Assembly (NCBI GenBank): GCA_964016885.1
Contig: OZ024740.1
Coordinates: forward strand, 315,580,001 to 315,644,000
Source: Eledone cirrhosa
Lineage: Eukaryota
Length of the DNA: 64,000 nt
Direction: 5' to 3'
The notes beneath the pieces were generated by a model, which ran no database searches, was not told the DNA's origin, and saw only the letters and a program-made list of their open reading frames with translations. Positions 1 through 13,236 of the stretch are shown here, one piece after another (within the stretch, counting starts at the first letter, position 1; the number at the start of each line of letters is the position of its first letter). The position numbers and the translations under genes were made by a program.

Positions 1-128
1 ATATCTTTACAGAGAGAGAGAGAGAAGCCTTGTCACCCAGTAACCATTTAACCTTGTATACATACTCACACCCAGTCACCAATTCTTATTTTATAAAAGA
101 TGTCTAAAGTCCTGAAAGGAGTTGTTAA

Positions 129-470
129 GATTGGCAGTATCGGTAGAGGGTCGAACGCCATGCTTTGACGCATAGAGTTACGGTCCTTGCCATTCTGAGT
201 TCAAATCCCGCTGAGGTTAACTTTGCCTTTCATCCTTATGGGGTCGATAAAATAAAGTACCAGTAATATACTGGGTATTTGCTGGCCTTGTGCCAAAAGT
301 AGAAACAATTATTACTCCGTAGGGCGATGGATTGGCAGTATCGATAGAGCGTCAGACAGCATGCTTTGCAGTATAAAGTTACGGCCCTTTATGTTCTGAG
401 TTCAAATCCTGCCGAGGTTAACTTTGCCTTTCACTCTTACGAGGTCGATAACATAAAGCACCAAATGCAC
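129..470 (+). mobile_element. Two tandem tRNA-derived SINEs (family S1)
   Basis: A-box-like TGGCAGTATCGG, B-box-like GAGTTCAAATCC, central GCCTTTCATCCTTA.GGGGTCGATAAAATAAAGTACCAG block (Meta/V-type SINE domain-like), ATT-rich tail; many copies in the window. Confidence 0.8.
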
Positions 471-601
471 TGATGATGCCATTCGATTTGAAATACGGGG
501 TAATAAGAGCCGGTTGTATATTTACACTGTTACAATTGTTCGTTTTAATAACACCACAGTCTTTTATTCCCAAGCCATTATTCTACAAAGAAACCATCTA
601 A

Positions 602-776
602 ATCAGATATGTAAAACATGCGACCCTTTACAAGCACACCTGCGGCCCGCACAAAGGTTTTTATAGCGCGAGCATGTTTTATCTTCGTAATATAAAATAA
701 AAAAATTAGTTGTAATGTGCGCAACATATATGTAACCCATGTGGCCCTCGTAGGACCTTCAATTTTGACATGCTTG
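602..776. mobile_element. hAT-like MITE remnant
   Basis: Imperfect TIRs CAGATATGTAAAA / TTTTGACATGCTTG with subterminal GCGGCCCGC/GTGGCCC motifs. Confidence 0.4.
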
Positions 777-1918
777 ATCTAGATAGTACCATAACAGTTT
801 TTCTTCAGTTGCTGCAAGTACCTGAGCCAATATTGGGGGAAATCATTGTCCAGGAAGCAACAACAATAGGTGAAAGTAAAAAATGTGATTAAAGTGAAAA
901 AAACTGAAATGTCGAAAAGAAATGAAAGTAAATTAAATTATAACACGAACGATATATCTATCAGAGTGAGCGAACTCGTGCGAATTCTGTCAATATCCTT
1001 GCATTTAAGCATGTAAGTCACGGTTTACAATAGCATGAGTGGTGTTGGGTGTTTAAGGACATGTAAATACTGTCTCAAGTGGGAGATTGTTCAGGCGAAA
1101 CATTTTGGTGCATTATTACGCAATGGAAATCACAAAGTATTCTCAGGTCTCGAATAATCGATCCCCCCCCTCCCCCCGTATATTAATTTTTGCTAATCTA
1201 TCTCCGGTGAAATGTTATTCTCAGTGGTAGCATTCTTGCAGCGATTAATTTTCTTTATACATTAAAAAAAACAAACAACAACATTATACATGACAAAAAA
1301 TTACATTACTAGAAATCTCATACGCTATAAAATAAATAGGTGGGTTGGGGTCGCAATATGTAAACTAAATGACTAATTCTGGTTTTTTTTTAAATTAACG
1401 GAGACAACCAAGAAAAATTACCGATTCCCCCATCCCCTATTATTTGGTACCCGAAAGGACATACACGTTACCGTTATGATTTAGGCTTGGTTAAAGTTAA
1501 GGTTGCCTCGTTGGGTGGTGTGTGTGAGCGGAGTGAGATAAATTCGGTGAACCAGACGTCATATTTTCATTTTCTTCAAGAGATCTGTGATATCCTCCGG
1601 TCTTCAATCAGAAACAAATGTTCTTAGTTTGAATCTAGCCGACGACTATCTCAGGACCTAATTATCCGTTGTATTCCCTTTTTAAAAGCGCCAGGGTATG
1701 ATTTGAAAGCGGCATCTTGTAGTTTAAATGTCTAAAATTAACCGAAATAAACCCTACAATAAAATCAATTATGTAAGACGATTTATTTGTTAAGGTGAAA
1801 CATATAAATTTATATAAACAAACAGCATAAACAGTAATGTCCCCCCCCCCCCTCGCCACACACAAACTTTGTTTCTTCGTAACTTTCTTAATAATACATA
1901 TTTCTAAATGGTATTTTG

Positions 1919-2234
1919 CAGGAATATGTTTTCGAGGGTCTAGATTACAATTATGCTGAAATCTAAATGAAATTTTATATATATATAAATATGTAAACTA
2001 TATATATATATATAAGGTATAAACCAACGTTTTAGGTGTCGCACGGCAAGTATTATTCGATGCGAGTCCCGGATTCTTTAGGGGGTAACCACACACAGTA
2101 AGTAAAGTACCCAATAGAACTCAAATGAAACAGTTCTAGTCCTGTAGATGTCATATATATATACATTTATATTTCTAATTTCATTTCGATTTGATCACCA
2201 TAATCGTAATTTAGACCTTAGAAAACATATTCCT
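1919..2234. repeat. Degenerate inverted repeat (MITE-like)
   Basis: 1919-1974 CAGGAATATGTTTTC...AATGAAATT is the reverse complement of 2177-2234 AATTTCATT...GAAAACATATTCCTG. Confidence 0.55.
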
Positions 2235-2737
2235 GAAATGACATTACGTTCTTGTAGACAATAAGGCATTGTTAAAACAATATCCGAGTTGTGTTTGGCC
2301 TACTGCAAGCACAAGTCGAGAGTATTCAGTAAACATATACATATATGAAAGTATTTAAAAAAAACTTAATTTTTTAAAAATGTCATCATTGACTATGGAT
2401 TTCGTTTCGAAGTCATTGAAAAATAATTTCAATTGACAAAATATTCCGTTGACCCGAGTGATGTGACCCTACTGATGTGCGGTCGATTGTCGCACTGTCT
2501 TCTTTCTCTAGCTCTGGACATATATTTTACTGCGTAGTATTTGTGAGCTTCCTCGCAATAGTTAATTGTATTTGTTATATGTATTCATATTTGTGTTTAT
2601 CAACATGTAATTTAAAATTGCGCGACTTATCTACTCTGGTTTTCAATATTTCCGATATAAAGTCAAGTTTTTATTACATTTATGTCAGATAGAAATATAT
2701 ACATATAATCAATTAATAGGAACCTTATAAATATAAT

Positions 2738-2837
2738 TGTTTCTACTTTAGGCACAAGGCCAGCAATTACTCAGTGTATTACTGGTACTTTATTTTATCG
2801 ACCCCGTAAGGATGAAAGGCAAAGTTAACCTCGGGGA
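2738..2837 (-). mobile_element. 5'-truncated SINE S1 with target-site duplication
   Basis: Reverse complement of the S1 3' half, flanked by the direct repeat AACCTTATAAATATAAT. Confidence 0.8.
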
Positions 2838-4056
2838 AACCTTATAAATATAATACACACAAATAAACAATCAGACCGAAAAATAAAAAAAATATCAATT
2901 TAACACTAAGTGCATCAATCGATCACACAACACAAGGGTTACTGAAACTTTTTGAGGCGGGTGTATGTAGCTATTTCTAGCTTCTTTGAAGGGGTTGGCT
3001 GCTATTTCGCCAAATTTATCAGTATAACGAGATATTTAGTTGTTATTTAAGTCAATGCTGGTTGATATCAGTAAATATTATGTTAAAAAATAACTACGAA
3101 CATGCTATTTATTTTAAATGACATGACTTTTATCATTTAAATTAATTAAAAAAAATATATTGAAAAATATGCATAAATTTTTGAATATCAAAGGAGGGGA
3201 TCGAAAAGTGAAATAACTGAAATTTCGAGAAGTCATTATTTTCAGAATCGTAGTAAGCGATGTTCATAACGTATTTTCCGTTGACCATTGTGGTGTGTGA
3301 CTGATAGTTGGTGGTGAAATGATAGTCTGTTTTTTCTCATGCTTTGATTATATATTTTTCTGTAACATATTTATAAGGTTCTCAGCAATAATTAATTGTA
3401 TTTATTATTTGTTTATATTTTCATGCCGGAGAATACATATTTACACTAATAAATAGAAGGACCCCCCCCCCCCACCAAACTTACACTCACATGCAGTGAA
3501 TGAGACAAATTAATAAGAAGTTCCTGATACGAGATACATAGTCAAAGAGACCCATAACTGTAATATATATAATGGAAACATTATCTTTGACAATTTTCAT
3601 TTTAAAATGTATATTTAGAAAGTTAAAAAAAAACAACAAAGAGTGGAAAAACATAATCTGTAGTTAAGCGAATATTTTAACAAGACACGGTGTCTATATT
3701 AGCAAAACTAATCTTGACTAAAAGCAAATCTACAATACGCCGACAACCTGCTAAACATTTACAACTAAAATCGCACTTAAGTTACAATTGACAGTCTTAA
3801 AAAAGTAACAAAGCATTAGATAACGTAGATCTAGATATATTATGTCTGAAAAAAAAAGGTGAGATTATCATCATTAAAACACATTTGATAACATGTCTGT
3901 TAAGGCATATAAAAATTGCTATCAAAAAGTATTAAAAAAATATTACAAAACATGATTCGGATGTAAAATTATGTAAACGAAAATAAACTAAAATTACTTT
4001 TTGCCAAAAACCCTTAATAAAATGTATTTCAAATGGCTAAAACTTTCTTCAATACA

Positions 4057-4147
4057 CCAATCAGATTCTGTTATATATAAATGTTAAGGTGCGTGCTGGG
4101 CGTCGAGTATAAAAAGCTGTTCCAAGTAAACTCGGCCTCTACTCATT
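4057..4147 (+). promoter_or_regulatory. Putative AHCY core promoter (CCAAT box, TATA box, initiator-like TCATT)
   Basis: CCAAT at 4057-4061, TATAAAAA at 4108-4115 and TCATT at 4143-4147, about 35 bp downstream of the TATA start and about 70 bp upstream of the AHCY ATG. Confidence 0.6.
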
Positions 4148-4212
4148 AAAACTGCCTATCAGATACAGAACGTCATTTTACTTTGTAAACCTCGCACTTT
4201 CATATCAACAGA

Positions 4213-4240
4213 ATGGCAAGCAAACCTCCTTACAAAGTTG
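4213..4240 (+). CDS. AHCY: Adenosylhomocysteinase exon 1 (MASKPPYKV)
   Basis: ATG at 4213, donor G|GTAAGT at 4241, phase 1; the peptide matches the SAHH N-terminal PYKVAD motif when joined to exon 2. Confidence 0.93.
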
Positions 4241-6251
4241 GTAAGTATTCGTACTAATGGTAATTGTTTTAGTTAACTTTTCATCAACTTTCGTTTATAA
4301 ATTATTTTTTATGTAGTATTCAGTTCTTCTTTCGATATTTACTGTCGTTCTTTCATTCTCTTCCTCCCCATCTCTCATTTTCTTTTGACGCCGGCTACCG
4401 GTGATATTTTGATAACTGATTGTTACTGAATAGTTTAGTTAATTTAATGTTTTGATATAGTAAAAATTAAAGTTGGTGAAATTAAAAAGAAATATCTATG
4501 TGGTCGTTCGATAAGGCTAAAAATAGCAGCTAAATCTCTCAAATTATATATTAAGGAAGAACATATACAATGCATTCCTAGATATACAAAACGCCGATTG
4601 TCACAACTAGAACGTTTTATTACAAATCTGACCCTGACCTAAACAATACTTCGGATTGATATGAACATTTGCTCCTTTTGTCTTAGTATATTTTCATGTG
4701 ATAATGTCACATTTTTGTTTGATCGAAAGCCCTTTTTTGTACAGTTCGAGAGAAATATTTGATCGGTGAAATAGACCAGCATATTTTACTGCTATTAATT
4801 TTATATCGTCAGAAAGTTAACAGTAGAAAAAACAGCCAAACACATCTTAAATCGTTTAATTGCAATCAAATGCCCCTCAGATCGCCCCCTATTGTCATTT
4901 AAAAAAAAGGACACTGAATAACTTAGTCTTAAACACACTGCCAGAAAACAAGAAGGGTTAATTGTAGCTGGAATGTATTTGATCATATTTTACTCAATAA
5001 GGGATGACTTAAGGTTAAATAAATATGGTCCTTTATTGCTTAACATGCATAGCATTAGAACGAGAGAGAGATAGCTGACAGTTCACCCAACATCATATTC
5101 ATTGCATCTGTCAAACTTACCTAGCCCTCCCAATCCAGATTCTAAATTGGGATTTCAAAGTGAATAAAATAATAAAATAAAGGCTATGAATCACTAAAAT
5201 CAACCCCCCCCCCCCCATAATAATAGTAAAAGAGGAGTAAAGCCTTTGATCATTGCAATCTGTGCGTCCTATTGTTGCTATTGAAAACTAGTTTGAACGT
5301 CGGCAAATAAAACTTGATTTAGTTTTAATATTTGTAACAATAAATGAATATCTGAAATATTAGAAATCAAGATTTAACAAACTAATCTATGGATCGTTAA
5401 AGTGTTGGTTAAAATGTCATGTTGGGAGGAGGGGCCACACACAGATGTACACATATAAATCACACGCATACACATATGTGTTAGGAAGGGCATCCAGCCG
5501 AATTACAGTTGATTGAGCAAGGTATGACGTGGCCAACTAGCCAGACATGGCTCATAACGTGGACGACCCGTCTGACCAATGCAAACGGAAAAACACGTTA
5601 AACGATGGTGATGATGATTTTCCATGCTAGTATGGCATTATAGACCAAGACTACTTAATCAGACCCGGTAACTTTGTAGACCTGCTGGAGACCATACCTT
5701 GGTTACATACGTTATGCCCTTCCAAGTTACTGTAACCAGCTTTAGTGAAGCTGTCATGTCCTTAGCACAACTGAAGAGTCTTTTCAATCCTTTTGTGACA
5801 TGGTTTCCATGACTGGATGCCCTTAATACCAACTCTTACATATCGTACTGGATGCATTTTGTCATGGTACAGTACTAAAGAGGTTATTTAGTTGTTGACT
5901 GAAGAACCCCCCTCTCCTACCCTATGATGTTACCAATTAGATATCAACAAATTTCATAGAGAATACAGCGTGCATTTTATAATGCACCAACACTTTGGAA
6001 GTTGCCTTGTTCCAATGTAAACCTGTTTGAGAATAAGAGGAGAGTGATGAGGTGATGGAAAGGAAGTAATGTAGGAGAGAGTGGATGTTCACAGGGATGA
6101 TTAGAATAGTAATAAAGAGTGGATGATACTTGATTTCAGCACAGCATGTGGGGTAGAAGGGTAAAAAAATGTTCCAGGTAATACTGTAGGAATGGATGGA
6201 GAGGGGGTGTTAATAGGAGCATATTGGGTGTCATGCTTATATTGGTTGGTC

Positions 6252-6597
6252 TTCTTCTTCGCCCACTTATTCCTGAGAGGGTCGTGGGAGCAGAGTCCTC
6301 AAACACTCCTTCCGGTGGGTTCTGTCAGAAGCAATCGTCTCCCAACTGATTGGGCTGGATCCTAAGTGAGACCAGCCAAGCTCACGGATGTTATCCAATC
6401 AGCTTGTTCGGGGTCTACTCCTGCTGGTTGGATTTGCCCGTAAAATCTGTCCAGCGATATTCTAACCACATACCCATAATATCAGAACTGTTATCTCTCA
6501 ATTTGCAGAAGTAGTAGTGGCTCTACCTGGAGTGACTCTCTGACCTCCGAGCTACGCACTCTGTCAAGTAACGTTAGTCCAAAGACCCTTATTGATG
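6252..6597 (-). mobile_element. Degenerate RTE-type LINE 3' fragment
   Basis: Translated remnant GLTLLDRVRSSEVRESLQVEPLLLLQIER...; (GAA)n tail; related copies at about 61870-62140 and 22310-22395. Confidence 0.7.
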
Positions 6598-6598
6598 G

Positions 6599-6639
<41 letters not shown>

Positions 6640-7424
6640 TCACATATATACAGTGTCCTTCTTTGCATCTATTGTACACTTTAATTCTAGTTTTGCAGTA
6701 TATTTATGGGTTTTTCAGACTATGCAATTGTTATCAGTACATAGAACAACAATGATGTGTGTGATGGTAAATTATTTTAATGTGTTTGACAGTGGTGAAT
6801 AAGGCACCTAGTTCTCTGAATATTTGTTGTTTAGCCACACAGTTGATATAGAAAGGCTTCTTGTCGCACGAAAAAATGGACCTTTGAAGTTATGTTAAGG
6901 TAAACAAACAGGAGGGCAAAAACAATCATCATCATCATCATTTACTTTTTTACCTGTTCCAGCCATCCGACTGAGGCCGTGCTGGGGCACTCGCTATTTT
7001 GCATTCTTGCATTTTTTAGATGGGTTATGCTTTGTTATGTGACTAGCCAGTTCATGTGATCACGTCTTGCTCATACAGATCTGTTTTTAGTTTGATTTTC
7101 TATTCGTTTTCTACGGCTGAATGTCCTTCCTATTGGCAACCACATTACAGCGTGTACTGGGAGCTTTTCTTGTGGCAGCAGTTACCACTTAACAGAGTGA
7201 ATTGGGTGCTTTTTGTTGTTGTGGCACATTGGAAAATATTTATATTTACTAGGTATTCACTAACTGGAGGGGTACTTGAAAGTTTGATAACCTAATTTGT
7301 CTTATCTTTATACTTTGATATCTTATTTTCAGTTCTCTGTTTTCGAAAATTGTAAATTTTTTTATTGATTTATTGCTGATATTCTTGATTGTTTTTTAAA
7401 TCGGTATTCCTTAGTTTATTATTG

Positions 7425-7860
7425 GGTTGGCAGAATCGGTAGAGCATCGGACATGCTTAGCGGCATAGTTACGGTCCTTTACGTTCTGAGCTCAAATCCC
7501 GCCTAGGTTAGCTTCGCCTTTCATCCTTACGGGATCGATAAAATAAAGCACCAGTAATGCACTGGGGTTGATTTAATCGACTTTCCCATCCCACAAAATG
7601 CTGGCCTTGTGCCTATAGTGGAAATCATTATTGAATTGGCAGAATCGATAGAGCTTCGGGCAACATGCTTTACAGCATAGTTTCGGCCCTTGACGTTCTG
7701 AGTTCAAATCCCGCCGAGGTTAGTTTTGCCTTTTATCATTACGGGAGTCGATAAAATAAAGTACCAGTCACGAACTGGAGTCGATTTAATCGACTCCTCA
7801 CCCCCAAAAAGAAAATTGCTGGCCTTGTGCCAAAAGTAGAGAACATTATTATTATTATTA
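7425..7860 (+). mobile_element. Two tandem SINE S1 copies immediately upstream of AHCY exon 2
   Basis: Same head, central block and tail as 129-470; the (ATT)n tail runs into the exon 2 polypyrimidine tract. Confidence 0.8.
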
Positions 7861-7880
7861 TTTTTTTTTTTTTTTATTAG

Positions 7881-8071
7881 CTGACATCAAACTTGCCGAA
7901 AGTGGACGCCAGGAGATTAATTTAGCTGAGAAAGAAATGCCTGGTCTCATGGAAATGCGTAAACGTTATGGCAGTCAGAAAATCCTTAAAGGTGCACGTA
8001 TTGCTGGATGTTTGCATATGACTGTCCAAACTGCAGTTTTGATTGAAACTCTTTTGGAACTTGGAGCAGAG
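7881..8071 (+). CDS. AHCY: Adenosylhomocysteinase exon 2
   Basis: Poly-T tract plus TAG acceptor; [64 protein letters not shown]; donor GTAAAT; 191 nt. Confidence 0.97.
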
Positions 8072-8667
8072 GTAAATGTTTTGTTTTTTAATTTTTGTTG
8101 CTAGATAAAGATTTTTAATCTAGACACAATGCCTGCAATTTGTGGGGAGGGGCAAATCGTTTTCATTAATAACAGACTAGTATTTTATTTTATCAACATC
8201 GGAAGGATAAAAGGAAATGTTAACATCTGAGAATAATACACATGCCTCACTAAAACCAATTTAGTTTCAAACATGAATTTAAAGGTTTCCTCTATCAGTA
8301 TATTGAAAATACTTGAGATAAAGTGTCAATTTTAGTATAGATAACACAGCCATTGGTATTTACTGATGTCAATAGTAGTAATGAAAATGAAGTTATCAGG
8401 ATTACTTATAGAAATTACATAAGGAGTGTCATTTGCATGAAAAAGTAGTTGAATGCTAACAATGTAGTGATCAAAAGAATTTCTTTTAAAATATTTACAC
8501 TAAGGAAACAGAGTTCAGTACCTTATATTAAGATCTGATCAAGAGAAAAGAGGAACAACTCTGAAATATTAATTGGAATTAGCATCTTATAGGTGTATCG
8601 TTGGACCAGCACTAATAATGTTGCCACAAGATCGTACAGACTGAAGAGTCCTCTTAGACCCTATATC

Positions 8668-8794
8668 AAGCATGGGCAACCTTTTTTGACCAGTGGGCCG
8701 TATAGGATGTGGCTAAGGCGGGCTGCACTACTGAAATATTCAAAGTAATTTTTAATTACGGAAAGCTAAAAGGGCCGCCATTTGCCCATGCCTG
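8668..8794. mobile_element. hAT-like MITE
   Basis: TIRs CAAGCATGGGCAA / TTGCCCATGCCTG with internal GGGCCG motifs. Confidence 0.6.
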
Positions 8795-9399
8795 CTCTTA
8801 TTCAATCACCCAACACTGCACCTTTAAATCTTTTTCAACCATACCTCATAGGTAATTTTCCCGTTATTTGTGAGAAAATTAATTTGAAAGTTTTTTGCCA
8901 TTAATATTTTCCTTATATATGTAGGTATTGATAATTTATCAATTTCTATATTAGCTTTGCTATTTCCTTTTTGTATTACTTAATTTTGCATTAACAAATT
9001 CTTCGAGGTTTACGAAAATCGTAGAAATTAATTCATTGATCTCCTGCCATGACTCATCCACTCAATGAATCTATAAGATTGCAGTAGTGAAACTGTATCC
9101 CGTTGTTCAAAGTGCACACATTTTAGTTAATAGCAAGTGCAGTGGCTGTGTTTTGGTGCAGATACGTTATGCATAAATTCTATTATATTATCAGTCAAAC
9201 AAAATTATTATTCCATATTTATTGCCGAAAATTGTTTAGATATTTTTATAATATTAAACCATTTGGAAGTGTTTATTAATGAATATCTTAAATTTTGTTG
9301 TGAGGGAGGAGAGAGAGGTAAAAGCCCTTAACTCTTGGTGGAACATTGCCGATTTCTTCCAGAGAAAGAGATAGACAGGAAGAATCAACCCCAGTAAAA

Positions 9400-9725
9400 G
9401 ATAATAATGAAAATAATTGTGTACAGTGCTCAGGTGCACTATAATTCTTCAAAGGTGCATGTATAGTACATATAATAATTGTTTCTACTTTAGGCACAAG
9501 GCCAGCAATAACCCAGTGCATTACTGGTACTTTATTTTATCGACCCCGTAAGGATGAAAGGCAAAATTAACCTCGGCGGGATTTGAACTCAGATCGTAAA
9601 GGGACGTAACTATGTATAGTACATATAATAATGTACAAACGTCAGGAAAGACAACTGTATGGGTCATGATATACATACACACATATGTGTGTGTATGGAG
9701 GGAGAATATCAGGTGTAGATAGGTA
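9400..9725 (-). mobile_element. CR1-like 3' tail interrupted by a SINE S1 with a 21 bp TSD
   Basis: Tail shared with 11005-11270, 21725-21785 and 25212-25282; the SINE at about 9480-9611 is flanked by duplicated ATGTATAGTACATATAATAAT. Confidence 0.65.
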
Positions 9726-9929
9726 AAGTTGACCTTGGCGGGATTGGAACTCATGCTGAGCCATTTTCTCTCCGACGCCCATTCAGACTTAGAGTTGCAA
9801 GGGGAAATATCTTATAGGATTTGAATAGGTTTGTTTTTGATCCATAGTGATGTTTAGTCACAAGACACCTCTGATCCAAGAAAACTATGACTTTCCTATT
9901 TTTAGAGATATCTAAAACTACAGTTTTAC

Positions 9930-10597
9930 AGACTTAAGTAGATTAGAGAGAAACGAAGCCTGCATGCTCCGATGGATGTGTAACAGTAATATACGCGAAC
10001 GACAAAGCATAAATGAATTGAGAGAGAGACTGAGCATAAGAGGAATCAAATGCTGTGTGCAGGAGAGGCGGTTGCACTGGTATGGACATGTGATGCGTAT
10101 GAAGGATGACAGCTGCATAAAAAGGTGCAGAGCACTAGAAGTCGATGGAAACCGCGGAGTGGGGAGACCCAAGATGACCTGGGATGAGGTGATAAAAGCC
10201 GACCTTACCCAATTACACCTCTCAAAGGCGATGACACACGACCGTGACCTCTGGCGTCACGCAGTAATACAGATTACCCGACCTCCCATGGGTACAAGCT
10301 GAAGCATATAGACAATATGCACCCACACCCCCCACTGCAAGGTGGTCGTGGAGGTGCCACGGCAAAAAAGCACCCAGCCCACACTGTAAAGTGGACATGT
10401 AGGCACCACGAAAAAGCACCCAGCACTCACTGTAAATGAGGTTGGTGTTAGGAAGGGCATCCAGCTGTAGAAATCAAGCCAAATCAGTTCCCGTATGAGC
10501 AAGGCATGGTCAGCCGACCAGACACTGCCCACAACAGGACAACCCGTCTAACCCATGCTAGCGTGGAAGAACGGACGTAAAACGGTGATGATGATGA
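9930..10597 (+). mobile_element. RTE LINE family B, 5'-truncated
   Basis: ORF 9964-10302 MLRWMC...RRLHWYGHVMRM...GRPKMTW; 3' UTR with GTTAGGAAGGGCATCCAGCTGTAGAAA and (GAT)n tail. Confidence 0.92.
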
Positions 10598-10816
10598 ATC
10601 TAATCTCATTTTAAAGACTATGATATTAGGGATATTAAGCTTCTATTTCTAGCAACTGAAGTGACAATGTTCAGGCTTCCTTGCTGGCTTGTAATCTGTA
10701 AATTCCAAATTTGGGTGTGTTAAAAATAAAAAATTTCTTATGTTAATTCATCAAATTGAACAGTTGATATCTGTCCTGAAATAATCTTTGGCTATTTTAA
10801 TAATTTTGTTTTTCAG

Positions 10817-10945
10817 GTCCAATGGTCTAGCTGTAACATATTTTCCACTCAAGACAATGCAGCAGCTGCTATGGCTAAAGCTGGTGTTCCTGTTTATGCT
10901 TGGAAAGGAGAAAGTGATGAAGAATATATTTGGTGTATTGAGCAG
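10817..10945 (+). CDS. AHCY: Adenosylhomocysteinase exon 3
   Basis: TTTCAG acceptor; [43 protein letters not shown] (SAHH signature); donor GTAAAT; 129 nt. Confidence 0.97.
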
Positions 10946-11004
10946 GTAAATAACTCTGAAACATATGCTGGGTATAACCTATGCTAAGTGTAATATGTGC
11001 ATAT

Positions 11005-11275
11005 AATAATAATAAAAATGATTGTATACAGTGCTCAGGTGCACTACAACTTATCAAAGGTGCATGTATAATACATAGAATAATGAACAAATGTCAGGAA
11101 AGTGAACAGTGTATGAGTCATGATATACACACAGCCACACATGCATGCATGTGTAATGGAGGGGGGTTATCGGGTGTAGTGTTGGTGAATTTCTGGAACC
11201 ATGGAAGTTTTGAAGGATGCAGTGTCCTAACAACTGATGCAAGTAGTTGGTTCCATGTTTCAGCAATTCGTTCTT
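11005..11275 (-). mobile_element. CR1/L2-like LINE 3' end
   Basis: Remnant RIAETWNQLLASVV...FQK resembles the CR1 ORF2 C-terminal WNxLPxxVV motif; (ATT)n tail. Confidence 0.6.
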
Positions 11276-11475
11276 CTGTTGTGTTCCCTGACCTATCTAA
11301 GAGAGCAGTAACTCCATTAACCACTGAACTCTAGGACACATTTGTAACAGTAAACTGAAGCAAAGAATTTGGATTTGTTTTTGTTGTTGATTTTTTTTCA
11401 TCCACTTATTCTAGTGGTAGTAGTAATAAGATTCAAATCTATGACCACAGGTATCAATTTGAAATAAGATATTTT

Positions 11476-11667
11476 AACCATTTAGCATTTACATTACTCT
11501 ATATTTTCATGGTAAAGGCTTTATCTCACATAATACCAAATCTATAAGATTTTGATATCATTTATTTTGAGTACAATACCTTAACGTTGGTATGAGTGGC
11601 CAATTTGAACAGAAAGAGGTGAGAGAATTCTGGCAAGATATGACCGGTTTAAATGCTAGAGGGTTAA
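11476..11667. mobile_element. piggyBac-like MITE (TTAA-flanked)
   Basis: TTAA-CC(C)TTTAGCATTTA ... TAAATGCTA(G/A)AGGG-TTAA; related copies at about 17095-17298, 62801-63028, 53618 and 58091. Confidence 0.65.
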
Positions 11668-11719
11668 CTGATAAAAAACAATACTTTATTCCACTACTCT
11701 TTTGTTTCTTGTTTTTTAG

Positions 11720-11819
11720 ACTCTCTATTTCAAAGATGATCAGCCTCTCAACTTGATTCTTGATGATGGTGGTGATCTTACTAATTTGGTTCACACCAAA
11801 TACCCACAGTTATTAAATG
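11720..11819 (+). CDS. AHCY: Adenosylhomocysteinase exon 4
   Basis: TTTTAG acceptor; [33 protein letters not shown]; donor GTAAGA; 100 nt. Confidence 0.97.
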
Positions 11820-12672
11820 GTAAGAATGTGCAGATATATCTTTAACCTTTTCATTGTATTCTTATGAATCTATTTTAAAAAATTGTTTTTCTGTTTGTTT
11901 GTTGTATACACCAGCACAAGTATATATATATATATAAGAAAAACAAGAAGAAAGATGCTGATGTTACACATAAATTGTTTATCTTTTTTAATATTATTCT
12001 TATACTGAATCTATATATATAAACAAGAAGTGTAAGTCAACAGGTTCGTTTATTCATATTCGCTGTTACATATCTTTCGGTGATAACCATCTAACAGCTA
12101 TAATTTGAACAGAAAAAACAAAAACGTAATGATGGAACAAGGTTTACCTCTGTTATTTTGGTCCTTTGATATGCCCTGTCCCAAAGTATGGTATCAAATG
12201 AGAGAAAGATCAGTTGAGCAATGGTCAAATATGTACTTGTTCTGATGTATAAATATATATATATGTGTGTGTGTTGCTTACCGACGCTTCAGTATGCAGG
12301 GTACAGTACTCAACGATGAGTGCAGGTGGGTCTGTTTACTCTGGAGTAATTTTTTTTACACTTCGGTTTCTTAGCCTATTTATCTTATGTTCATCTACAA
12401 AAGATAAATAACTTCTTGAATATTGCTCTTCAATGAGATCCTTATCACAACTTTAGAACTATGTACTTTGCATATTTTTTACAAGGTTTTACTAGCTGGA
12501 TGCCCTTCCTATCACCAAACACTTTACAGCATGGACTGGGTGCATTATTTGTGCCACTAACACTAGAGATGTTGTCTTACTGGACTTTAGAGTCCTCTTC
12601 ATCCTATATCAGTTTTTATTCAGTGTCTACTCTCTTAGATGGGTTGCCTTCACATATGGAATCTTATTTGAA

Positions 12673-13236
12673 CTAGCAGAAAAACCACCCTTCAGGTGGT
12701 TTTCTGCTAGCATGTGTAGTGTGTATATTGATATTATACGCAAGTATATAAACATGTAGATATGATACGTCAGATAAAATCGTTATTGATACAGAAATTG
12801 AATCCATGATGCATTAAAAAAAAGACGATATTATATATAAACTGCATTAGGAGAAAATTAGTGACAGAAAATTAATGTTTATTTAAGCGATTGCCACCGG
12901 AAGTGTTGACATTTGAAAATTTTAAAGTGAATCTTTAAATAAATAATAAAATATTCTTAATGAACAGCTACGAAATTTAGTGGATAAATTATGTGATCTT
13001 TCCAGCATAGTTACGTCCCTTTACGATCTGATTTCAAATCCTGCCGAGGTTGACTTTGCCTTTCATCCTTACGGGGTCGATAAAATAAAGTACCAGTAAT
13101 GCACTGGGTAATTGCTGGCCTTGTGCCTAAAGTAGAAACAATTATTTATTTAAAGTAATCCAACTTATTTTACTAATGGGATAAAAAATTATAAACCATA
13201 CACAGTCCCGCGCTTCTTACTTTATTATAGTTTAGA
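12673..13236 (-). mobile_element. Non-autonomous Helitron with nested SINE S1 (about 13004-13147)
   Basis: On the minus strand A|TCTAAACTATAATAAAG 5' end, subterminal hairpin ACCACC..GGTGGT and CTAG|T 3' end; second copy at 58776-59253. Confidence 0.7.

Noticed and set aside
129-215. tRNA genes at A-box/B-box motifs
   Set aside because: These are SINE heads without a cloverleaf and continue into SINE bodies.
467-505. CTGATGA...GAAA as a hammerhead
   Set aside because: No stem II or stem I pairing; the box forms at a SINE junction.
60-1660. Possible exons of a divergent minus-strand gene (splice-like sites near 70-111 and 1470)
   Set aside because: No recognisable peptide or consistent exon chain.
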